Shown here: positions 17,030 through 25,000 of the stretch, one piece after another
Layout of the letters: each line of letters starts with the position of its first letter
Position numbering within the stretch: position 1 is the first letter of the stretch
Source: Candidatus Saccharibacteria bacterium oral taxon 488
Lineage (GTDB): Bacteria > Patescibacteriota > Saccharimonadia > Saccharimonadales > Saccharimonadaceae
NCBI GenBank assembly: GCA_010202845.1
Contig: CP047921.1
Location: 821,180 to 853,179, forward strand
Length of the DNA stretch: 32,000 nt
Reading direction: 5' to 3'
Program-made: the position numbers and the translations under genes
Notes under the pieces: model-generated
Told to the model about the DNA's origin: nothing
Database searches by the model: none
Seen by the model: only the letters and a program-made list of their open reading frames with translations

Positions 17030-18386
17030 GTTTTCTCCATTTTTTAACCATATTGCCAACATACAAACCAACTATCATATAGACAAACAGAAGTAGCGGC
17101 ATATAAAATACGATACCGTTAATGTGAGCATGTGGCAAGGCATGTCCAGGCATAAGAATTAACCAACTCAGCGCCCCAGCTAATGAAATGTGTAACGACC
17201 ATAGGAATGAACGATAATACTTGAAGGACGGGTGTCGCCTCTTAAGATAGAATAACACTAAATACCCCACAAGTACCCAAACGAGTATCGACTGAACGAT
17301 CTCACCAAACACCCCCTTGATCGACAGCGGCAAGCTCAGTGCCGGCAATAGTACATAGTTACCTGCGTTTATTGCTAGATACTGATATGTTGAGCCTCTA
17401 TCTTTTGCCAGCTCCTCCATATTAATGAATCGATTGGCAAATTTATACGATTCAGGTAGAAGCGTCTTTAAGTTACCAACAGCATGTGTTCGCATCTTTC
17501 GAATTCCCGAAAGCCCTCTCTCCGATGCCCGCTCATTAATCATCTTGAGAGCGGTGTCTGAGGAGTGATAGTAATCAGAGAGTGCCATAAAGTTGGTTGC
17601 GTACGCACCAACAAAGGCCACAACAACCACGATACATGTCATGACGGCGTGCTTCCAGAGGCTGATAACTTTTTGTTTATTATTGACGAGTTCAAAGAAT
17701 ATGATTGGTACAAATACAGATATAGCAATTGTTGATATATACTCATAGCCGCCCAGAAGTTTTAAGAATAGCAATATGGTTTCACCGAGGTAGAATAGCC
17801 ACATTTTCTTTGATGACTTACAGTATGAGTAACTCAGAAAGGCAAAGGTAAACGGAGCAAACATGAGCGGCTCTATCCAGTACATGTTTTGGGCGTAGCC
17901 GACAATCCACGGGCTAAATGCAACCAGTATCGCGAATACTGCTGCAGCAACAAAACCAAATAATTTCCTAACCCTAAGAGCTACCAGAGCCATAATGACC
18001 GCCATGACCGCGGACAGGACCACGTTAACCTTCTTAAAATACGATGGTAGTTTTGCACTATCTTTTGGCGCCAACGCCGTAATTATTCTCGCCTGCAGAC
18101 CATATTGCGAAGCATAGGGTTTGAGCAGGCTGGCGTCGCAATCTTCAGCCATCATAACTGAATTATAATCTTCATTTTTAGTGACGATTAGTGGTCCGCT
18201 ATAGCTAGATTTTTCCTTACAACGAGCTGTTTTTTCTATTATGGCTGATGAGTCGCGCTGAAAACCATCAAACCATTCGCGCCACAAACCGACTCCAAAA
18301 ATATTACCAAAGAAAGATAAAAACAAAACTCCCCAGACAACTCCAAAAAACAGTATGCTCTTTTTTCGCTCCATAATACTTACCAT
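17022..18386 (-). CDS. polytopic membrane protein (454 aa) of unknown family, first gene of the 18386->12763 operon
   Basis: An N-terminal TM helix is followed by a ~90-aa hydrophilic loop and ~10 hydrophobic spans. The start is ATG 18386 or ATG 18374. Confidence 0.6.
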   Translation of the reverse strand: MVSIMERKKSILFFGVVWGVLFLSFFGNIFGVGLWREWFDGFQRDSSAIIEKTARCKEKSSYSGPLIVTKNEDYNSVMMAEDCDASLLKPYASQYGLQARIITALAPKDSAKLPSYFKKVNVVLSAVMAVIMALVALRVRKLFGFVAAAVFAILVAFSPWIVGYAQNMYWIEPLMFAPFTFAFLSYSYCKSSKKMWLFYLGETILLFLKLLGGYEYISTIAISVFVPIIFFELVNNKQKVISLWKHAVMTCIVVVVAFVGAYATNFMALSDYYHSSDTALKMINERASERGLSGIRKMRTHAVGNLKTLLPESYKFANRFINMEELAKDRGSTYQYLAINAGNYVLLPALSLPLSIKGVFGEIVQSILVWVLVGYLVLFYLKRRHPSFKYYRSFLWSLHISLAGALSWLILMPGHALPHAHINGIVFYMPLLLFVYMIVGLYVGNMVKKWRKRA

Positions 18387-18429
18387 ATAGTATCATAACT
18401 TAACAATAGACTAAAGTGACTACCTAAAT

Positions 18430-18441
18430 TATAATAGCGTC
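18430..18441 (+). promoter_or_regulatory. -10 box TATAAT 6 nt before ATG 18442
   Basis: TATAAT (18430-18435), AGCGTC, then ATG. TAGACT lies 17 nt upstream as a weak -35. No SD. Confidence 0.55.
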
Positions 18442-20580
18442 ATGAAACCACTTTTATCTATCATCGTTACCGCCCATCACGAGGGCCTTATTGCTCATAA
18501 AACTATGCGCTCCATTGAACGTGCTGTTAGCCTGCTTCGTGATAGCGATATTTCTTACGAAATAATTATATCAATTGACCGTGGCGATGAAGAAACAATT
18601 CGCTACTTCAGTAATTATACCGCTCTACCGATCGCTATACACCAATGGGATCATGGCGACCTCGCACAGTCTCGCAATAGTGCAATCACCAGGGCACATG
18701 GTCGTTTTATCGCATTTATTGACGCGGATGATTTAATGAGCGCTAACTGGTTGCGCGATGGTGTACAATTTTTAACAGCCCATTCCTATGGTAAGTACGT
18801 TGCTCATAGCGCATATACTATTGAGTTTGAGGGGGCGAGCGCCATTGTCGAAAAAGTCGGCCATACTAACAAAGACCGCGACACCCTGCTGAGTGTACTT
18901 TCGGGACGATGGAACTCGGTCATTATTGCGCCAAGTACTTTACTTCGCCAATTCCCATATACACCAAATAGCCCCGGATATGGCTACGAGGATTGGTTTA
19001 TGAGCTGTCAGTTCATCCAGCATGGTGTCAAAAATGTCCTCATTCCGGAAACCGCTATCTTTGTTCGCCGTAAGGCCACCGGCTCGGAATGGGCACGTCA
19101 AAAAACTAGCCGCTCAGTGCTCCACGCCCACCCACTCTTTAGTCCATCGCACTTTCGTACCATCAAGCTTGACTCGGTTGCCACGCCTACCTCAGAGCAG
19201 CGGCGCCAAACGAAAAATACCATTAAGGAATTGATGGTTCGTTCTCGCATCCCACTGGGGTTAGTCAAGCGACCGCTCGCAATTATCCGACGCGGACGCA
19301 ATGTGCTCAAAAAAAAGAAGTCGACACCGGCGACCGAGGTGCTGCCAGCGTGGCTTGATGCTGAATGGCGAGCATTACATCATATTGAGAAACTAATTTT
19401 TCCACCACATCCATTGCCGACAGTATACCACACAATTACTGATGATCATTATCGTGTTGGCTTGGCGTACTGGCAAATATGTCGTGATTTACGAAACGAC
19501 ACCTATGATTATGTGCTGTTCGTACCGTGGCTCAAGCGTGGTGGTGCTGATCTATTTGCTCTTAACTACGCCAACACCGCTGCATCACTCGGCAAGAAAG
19601 TTTTGGTTATTGCCACAAATGAAGTTGACGCTAATTACTCAGAGTGGCGACCACGCCTTAACATCGACGTAGATTTCGTGCCGTTTGGGACAATTACTCG
19701 ATTTTTCCCTGCGGAGCAGAAATATAGACTTCTAGAGCAACTGATCGAAAATATCCACGTGCCGGTGCTCCATATCCTCAATTCAGAGCTAGCCTATGAT
19801 TTTGTGCGAGATCACGCAGTGTATATCAAGGCCACCGGCAAAAAAGTTATTGCTACATCCTATAGTCAAAGCACTGATGAAACCGGACGAGTGTTTGGCT
19901 TTTCGCACAGTCACCTACCGCAGGTCTATCACCTGCTGGCCGAGATAACTACCGACAATGAAGCCGTCAAGTCGATGTGGGTTAATGAATATGCTTATAA
20001 CGCGGATATAATCACCGTTCATCATCAGCCGCTTGATAGCAGTGCGTACACACCGATAACAGAGCTGGCCGGTCAAAGGCGGGTTCTTTGGGCGTCCCGC
20101 CTATCACCAGAGAAATTACCTCAATTAGTTGCAGTTATCGCTGATCTATTGCCTGATGATGTCCACATCGATATGTACGGTGATGCATCGAGCGAGTTTC
20201 CCGCCCATAAACTACCATCCCATCCACGGGTTCATTATCGCGGTGGCTTTAATGGTGTACCGTCACTGCCTGTTGACAACTATGACGCTTTTCTCTATAC
20301 ATCGCTCTTTGATGGCATGCCAAATACACCAATTGAGATAGCCCTGTGTGGATTGCCGTTGGTGGCAGCGCGCGTTGGTGGAGTAGCAGACTTTGTTGGT
20401 GCATATGGACAGATTGTTGATGATGTCACCAATCCAAAAGCCTACGCTGAAGCGTTAACTGTTGTTCTGGACAATCCCAAGACAGCGTTTGCTAACGCCC
20501 AAGCTCTGCGAAAGCAGGCACTACGTAATTTTTCGCAGAAAAGGTTTTTGACGGAAGTAAGGCGCATGCTCAAGCGGTAG
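18442..20580 (+). CDS. fused two-domain glycosyltransferase: N-terminal GT2 (GT-A) plus C-terminal GT4-like (GT-B), 712 aa
   Basis: N-terminus: LSIIVTAHHEG ... AQSRNSAITRAHGRFIAFIDADD. C-terminus: LWASRLSPEKLPQLV ... LFDGMPNTPIEIALCGLPLVAARVGGVADFV. Confidence 0.8.
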   Translation: MKPLLSIIVTAHHEGLIAHKTMRSIERAVSLLRDSDISYEIIISIDRGDEETIRYFSNYTALPIAIHQWDHGDLAQSRNSAITRAHGRFIAFIDADDLMSANWLRDGVQFLTAHSYGKYVAHSAYTIEFEGASAIVEKVGHTNKDRDTLLSVLSGRWNSVIIAPSTLLRQFPYTPNSPGYGYEDWFMSCQFIQHGVKNVLIPETAIFVRRKATGSEWARQKTSRSVLHAHPLFSPSHFRTIKLDSVATPTSEQRRQTKNTIKELMVRSRIPLGLVKRPLAIIRRGRNVLKKKKSTPATEVLPAWLDAEWRALHHIEKLIFPPHPLPTVYHTITDDHYRVGLAYWQICRDLRNDTYDYVLFVPWLKRGGADLFALNYANTAASLGKKVLVIATNEVDANYSEWRPRLNIDVDFVPFGTITRFFPAEQKYRLLEQLIENIHVPVLHILNSELAYDFVRDHAVYIKATGKKVIATSYSQSTDETGRVFGFSHSHLPQVYHLLAEITTDNEAVKSMWVNEYAYNADIITVHHQPLDSSAYTPITELAGQRRVLWASRLSPEKLPQLVAVIADLLPDDVHIDMYGDASSEFPAHKLPSHPRVHYRGGFNGVPSLPVDNYDAFLYTSLFDGMPNTPIEIALCGLPLVAARVGGVADFVGAYGQIVDDVTNPKAYAEALTVVLDNPKTAFANAQALRKQALRNFSQKRFLTEVRRMLKR

Positions 20581-20598
20581 TTGTCCGCAGTTGTCGCT

Positions 20599-23262
20599 CT
20601 ACTCGCGCACCCTCATCTCCCCTCTAACCGCCTCATTACCAGTCTCAAGCGGTGGGGTAGCGTATTCATGCCAGGTGCGACCGTCAAAGGTAGAGAAATA
20701 GGCGCGGTAGACACCGACTGGGAAGGAACGAGTGGTCTTGAATTCTTGTTCTTGGTTAGGCTGAATGGTGGTTGGCCTGAGGCAGCCGAGATCGTAGTTT
20801 ACTCCGTGCTGGTTGCGCATAATGAGACAGGTGCGGTTAGTGGTGGTGATGGGTTGGCTGGCAAAGTTCTTGATCTTAAAGGTGGTAGTGACTGGCTCGC
20901 CGGCACGTGGAGAGGGGTTAGAGAAAGTGATGCCCTGGGTGAGGGTGGGGTTGGGGAGAATGGTGAATGATAAGCTAGCTACCTCCTTGCCAGTCAACCC
21001 CGGTAGCGCCACCCCTTCGTGCCAGCGACTGCCGTCGTATAGCGCAAAGAAGGCTCTATACGTACCCGGCTTGTCAAAAAGACGACTGAGCGAAAACTGC
21101 ATGCTACTATTTGGAGCAATTCCCTTTGTCGATTGACAGCCAAGGTCATGGTTCTCGCCACGTGGACCCCGAACAATGTAGCACAAGCGCTGATCAGTCT
21201 GTGACACCGCCGAACTAAGATTACGCAGGGTGAACGAGCCGGTCAGCTTGTCACCAGCACGCGCTCGCGCTGGCGTTATCGATAATCCCTGTGACATAAC
21301 GACATCTTGCAGCACCCTCATCTCACCCTTCACCGCCTCGTTACCAGTCTCAAGTGGTGGAGCGGCATATTCGTGCCACGTACGGCCGTCAAAGGTGGAG
21401 AAGTAGGCGCGGTAGACACCAACTGGGAAGGAGCGAGTGGTCTTGAATTCTTGTTCTTGACCAGGTTGAATGGTGGTTGGTTGGAGGCAGCCGAGATCAT
21501 AGTTTGCTCCATGTTGGTTGCGCATAATGAGACAGGTGCGGTTAGTGGTGGTGATGGGTTGGCTGGCAAAGTTCTTGATCTTAAAGGTGGTAGTGACTGG
21601 CTCGCCGGCACGTGGAGAGGGGTTAGAGAAAGTGATGCCCTGGGTGAGGGTGGGGTTGGGGAGAATGGTGAATTGCGCCCGGTTACCAGCACTAGCTGGC
21701 GTTGGCACCGGATACTGCGCCTCGGTCCAGGTTGTCCCCTTGTCAAGCGTACCACTCACTCGCGCCTTGTATAGACCACTTTCTCGTGGAATAAACTCTT
21801 GGTCATAGGCATAGGTTGCACCCGGCGCAAGGCTATTAACCGTATCAAAGCGAGCGTCGGCATTTCGTCCGCTCGGACTAGTAATTGCCGCGCCAAAATA
21901 ACCGAGGTCGATTGGCTTCGGACTATTGTTTTTAACCGTGAAGCGGATCCGCGTTGATTGCCCAACGTGAGTTTGTTGGTTCTGAATAGTTACTGGGGAA
22001 GTTACTGTTGGCGCCGTCTGCACAAACGTCGACACTTCGCGGCTATGGCCCGGAGCTGATTCTGGATAATTATTACTCCAACCGTTGCCCTCACGGTAAT
22101 TTGTGATCCAGAATTTATAATTCTCCTCTTTCGTTAACTTAGTTGTCACTCGGTAGGTATATGTCTGCCATGGCTCAAGAATAACCCGTTGGCTACCAAA
22201 GTCATAGTTGTTCCACTTGCTATCACGGGCAGCTATTGCCATAGTGCCTAGATTACGGCGCTGATTTGTGGCGTTACGGATAGTGAACGATGCAGTTATG
22301 GTCATGTCCGTAAACAATTTTGACCCGGTCCCCTCCGTTCTCACTGACAGCGGCGATTCAATTCGCACAGATTTCAGTGGCGAACCAAACCATTCGTTAA
22401 AGAAGCGCCAAAAATTACGATTACCATACGCGCCACAATGTGCCGTTCCTGGATAGGCGTCAAGGGCACCTTGATTTGGCTGATATGGGGTATAGTTGTA
22501 CAAGTTGGCTGTTGCTTGATTCTCGATATATACCCATGAGCCGCCGCAGGCTGCGTTTGTGTTATACTGGATATAATTTGACCGACCAGCCTTGTAGCGA
22601 TATTCACCCGGCCGATTAGTATATAGCCGGAATTGGCGCGCCGCCATCCGCAATTGATTGTACATGCCAGCATACTCATTTGAACAATTCGCTGTATTAC
22701 CTGGTCCGCTGTCCGGACAAGCAAAGCCCATAGCATACTTGTACTGACTCTTGAGTGGCCAGACATCAGTAAATAACGACCCCTGTTCTTTCTTTAGTGT
22801 CACAAGCATTACTTGTGGATTAATGCCGAATTCTTTTGATACATTCCAAATAATATTGGCCACCGACAGGCCACCAGCAAACCAGCCGCCTCCTTTTTCA
22901 AACGAGGTTTCTTTCGTGCTTGGATTTTCATGATAATCACGCAGGCAGGCATACGGTGGGCCGTGCCAACCGCGTTTGGCTGCATATTGCGCTCGCGTAC
23001 CTCCGCCATACTCGGACGGCCCAGTTCCCCACGTATCGCAGGCTGGCGTATGACTGTTGATAAAGTTTTGGATGTCTTGAACACTTGAAAATGTATTGGT
23101 GTCATAAAAAACATTGTCATCAATAATTCGCCCGGGACTCCATGGTGACAATGCTCCTGTTTTTGGCCAGAAGACAACCCCTAGACCAACAACACCAACG
23201 ACGATCAGTGTATACCCGACACGCTTTAGCCAAGATAACTTCACACGCTGCAACCGAATCAT
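20599..23262 (-). CDS. secreted/membrane-anchored surface protein (887 aa): N-terminal anchor, ~250-aa cysteine-containing domain, five beta-sandwich-like modules
   Basis: Signal anchor is VGYTLIVVGVVGLGVVFWP. The domain at aa ~45-295 contains INPQVMLVTLKKEQGSLF, a motif I associate with cell-wall-hydrolase-like proteins (weak). Modules lie at aa ~300-410, 415-520, 531-650, 651-760 and 766-887. Modules 3 and 5 are near-identical. AAGGAGGGG lies 5 nt upstream, and the start overlaps the upstream stop as ATGA. Confidence 0.75.
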   Translation of the reverse strand: MIRLQRVKLSWLKRVGYTLIVVGVVGLGVVFWPKTGALSPWSPGRIIDDNVFYDTNTFSSVQDIQNFINSHTPACDTWGTGPSEYGGGTRAQYAAKRGWHGPPYACLRDYHENPSTKETSFEKGGGWFAGGLSVANIIWNVSKEFGINPQVMLVTLKKEQGSLFTDVWPLKSQYKYAMGFACPDSGPGNTANCSNEYAGMYNQLRMAARQFRLYTNRPGEYRYKAGRSNYIQYNTNAACGGSWVYIENQATANLYNYTPYQPNQGALDAYPGTAHCGAYGNRNFWRFFNEWFGSPLKSVRIESPLSVRTEGTGSKLFTDMTITASFTIRNATNQRRNLGTMAIAARDSKWNNYDFGSQRVILEPWQTYTYRVTTKLTKEENYKFWITNYREGNGWSNNYPESAPGHSREVSTFVQTAPTVTSPVTIQNQQTHVGQSTRIRFTVKNNSPKPIDLGYFGAAITSPSGRNADARFDTVNSLAPGATYAYDQEFIPRESGLYKARVSGTLDKGTTWTEAQYPVPTPASAGNRAQFTILPNPTLTQGITFSNPSPRAGEPVTTTFKIKNFASQPITTTNRTCLIMRNQHGANYDLGCLQPTTIQPGQEQEFKTTRSFPVGVYRAYFSTFDGRTWHEYAAPPLETGNEAVKGEMRVLQDVVMSQGLSITPARARAGDKLTGSFTLRNLSSAVSQTDQRLCYIVRGPRGENHDLGCQSTKGIAPNSSMQFSLSRLFDKPGTYRAFFALYDGSRWHEGVALPGLTGKEVASLSFTILPNPTLTQGITFSNPSPRAGEPVTTTFKIKNFASQPITTTNRTCLIMRNQHGVNYDLGCLRPTTIQPNQEQEFKTTRSFPVGVYRAYFSTFDGRTWHEYATPPLETGNEAVRGEMRVRE
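20607..20968. repeat. intragenic direct repeat, copy 1 (362 bp)
   Basis: Aligns with 21312-21673 at an offset of exactly 705 bp (235 codons). 20811-20968 is identical to 21516-21673; the remainder is ~85% identical by hand alignment. Confidence 0.9.
21312..21673. repeat. intragenic direct repeat, copy 2 (362 bp)
   Basis: See copy 1. It encodes module 3 (aa 531-650) of the 887-aa protein. Confidence 0.9.
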
Positions 23263-23852
23263 CGTAGCCCCTCCTTACGGAACGACGGCCCGTTCGTAGA
23301 CTCCCCGGCGTATACGCCCGACGAGTAAGCAACCTTGATCGACATGTCAGTGCCCGACGGCAACTCTGACAAGGGGATTTCAGCCATGCGACAGTTTGTT
23401 GAACTCGGCCCGGCGGACGCACTAGTTTGACGCGAAACTTGACCACCAGACCAGTAGACCGTGAAGGTACAGCTGCCACCATTTTCGACAATAGCGTTAA
23501 CGCCGCCATCAATCTGTAGACGCTGGCGATCACCACTCAGACCGTAACCACTTACGATTGGCGTCACTGCTCGTTTTGAGCCGCGTTGCTCACCAGGACC
23601 GGCTGGCTTATCGGGGCTTCGACCATCGCGCTCTTCTGGCTTCGTCTTACTGTCGTCAACTTTCTTATTGCCATCTTTGTTGCTGTTATTTTCCTTTGCT
23701 CGGGACGAATTAGCATCATCCTTGGCCCGCTCTGTTTGTTGTGGCCGCGTTATCGCATAAACAACCGCTGCAATGGCAATCACGATGACCGCACTTACTA
23801 AACTAATTATTACAATCTTGGTCCTCTTTGGCGATGTTTGTTTAACTCGCAT
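23259..23852 (-). CDS. small membrane-anchored extracytoplasmic protein (197 aa), hypothetical
   Basis: The N-terminal TM helix IVIISLVSAVIVIAIAAVVYAI is followed by a ~75-aa charged low-complexity linker rich in K/D/E/N, then a ~100-aa C-terminal domain with two Cys. It is translationally coupled (ATGA) to the 887-aa gene. Confidence 0.65.
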   Translation of the reverse strand: MRVKQTSPKRTKIVIISLVSAVIVIAIAAVVYAITRPQQTERAKDDANSSRAKENNSNKDGNKKVDDSKTKPEERDGRSPDKPAGPGEQRGSKRAVTPIVSGYGLSGDRQRLQIDGGVNAIVENGGSCTFTVYWSGGQVSRQTSASAGPSSTNCRMAEIPLSELPSGTDMSIKVAYSSGVYAGESTNGPSFRKEGLR

Positions 23853-23932
23853 AGTGTTGTTTCCCCTGTTTTATCCTATCAGCTTAAGCATAACAGTTAA
23901 TCGTTGGGTTTTCAATATTTTGCCAATAAAGA

Positions 23933-23948
23933 TGCTATAATATCCCGT
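23933..23948 (+). promoter_or_regulatory. extended -10 TGCTATAAT, 7 nt before ATG 23949
   Basis: TGCTATAAT (23933-23941), ATCCCGT, then ATG. No SD. Confidence 0.55.
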
Positions 23949-24953
23949 ATGAATGCACAGAAATCCCAAGTTAAACCACCATTGGTGTCAATTATTACCG
24001 CCACCTATAATGACGAAACATACATTGAGTCCTCAATTCGCTCCGTGCTGTCACAAGATTTTACTGATTTCGAGTACCTTATTATTAATGATGGCTCAAC
24101 CGATAATACAAAAAAAATCGTTCAGCGCCTTCAAAAAGAAGATAGCCGCATTCGCCTCATTAATCAAAAAAATAGTGGCCTCGTGGCTTCACTCAACCGC
24201 GGCATTACTGAAGCGCGTGGCACCTACATTGCCCGTATTGATGGCGACGATGAGTGGCTACCGCACAAGCTCAGGACTCAAGTCACTATGCTAGAGAAAA
24301 ACAAAAACCTGGTTCTGGTTGGCGGTGGCGCAGAAATCATGAACCAAGATAGCGTACCAACTGGTTTTATTTTTAACGTTGCTCGTAACGAAGATATTAG
24401 ACTCGGTCTTTGCATTTTTAATCAATTCTGTCATTCATCGGTCATTTATCGCCGCCAGGCAGCACTTGACGCTGGTCTTTACCCTGACACCTGTCCGGCT
24501 GAAGATTATGACCTGTTTAGTAAATTTGCCGAACATGGTGAGCTTGCCAACGTACCTTACCCTGTTTTTCGCTATCGCATTAGTGACGGCAGCATCTCGG
24601 CTAAACGGCGCGATGAGCAAAATCGTCTCGCTAAAAAGTTTTCGCTTCGCAACTGGGATATCGTTCAGCCGACGGTCACTAGTCGTGCCGACATCAAACG
24701 TGCTTTCGCCTATTATATCAAAAATCCAATTAACCATGATTTTGGAATTAGCCATAAACATGCCTATACGTTTGTACTCATGCGCATTGGTTATCGTATG
24801 CTTCAAAAGGGACAGGTTGGCAAGGGACTCCATCAGCTTTGGAACGTAGCATCAACCGGGCGTACTGCCGCCAAGATCGTTGTTAAGTGGGGACTTGATA
24901 TCATCAGGATTAAGCTTAAACCATCACGTCGAAAAACAAAAACAGCAGCTTAG
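23949..24953 (+). CDS. GT2-family glycosyltransferase
   Basis: VSIITATYNDETYIESSIRSVLSQDFTDFEYLIINDGSTDNT ... ARIDGDDEW is the classic GT2 layout. ATG 23949 is preferred over the TTG at 23904 used by the track. Confidence 0.85.
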   Translation: MNAQKSQVKPPLVSIITATYNDETYIESSIRSVLSQDFTDFEYLIINDGSTDNTKKIVQRLQKEDSRIRLINQKNSGLVASLNRGITEARGTYIARIDGDDEWLPHKLRTQVTMLEKNKNLVLVGGGAEIMNQDSVPTGFIFNVARNEDIRLGLCIFNQFCHSSVIYRRQAALDAGLYPDTCPAEDYDLFSKFAEHGELANVPYPVFRYRISDGSISAKRRDEQNRLAKKFSLRNWDIVQPTVTSRADIKRAFAYYIKNPINHDFGISHKHAYTFVLMRIGYRMLQKGQVGKGLHQLWNVASTGRTAAKIVVKWGLDIIRIKLKPSRRKTKTAA

Positions 24954-25000
24954 TAGTACGAAGACAGAAGATCACCAAACTATTGGACGGGCTATCCTTT

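Noticed and set aside
12763-18386. The two membrane proteins of identical length (454 aa each) as duplicated paralogues.
   Set aside because: No shared motifs or colinear similarity are visible on comparing the two translations. The equal length appears coincidental.
20607-21673. Possibility that the repeated units form a CRISPR array or a mobile-element terminal repeat.
   Set aside because: There are only two copies of 362 bp, at a 705-bp period. They lie in frame within one long ORF with a homologous diverged module between them. There is no short repeat/spacer structure, no cas gene and no transposase gene.
20581-21774. Plus-strand ORFs 20581..20970 and 21307..21774 (plus 20813..21136 and 21518..21808), which look like a pair of paralogous genes.
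   Set aside because: They are antisense shadows of the duplicated modules inside the 887-aa minus-strand gene. They have Gly/Trp-rich composition, no start-site signals, and similarity fully explained by the 705-bp repeat.
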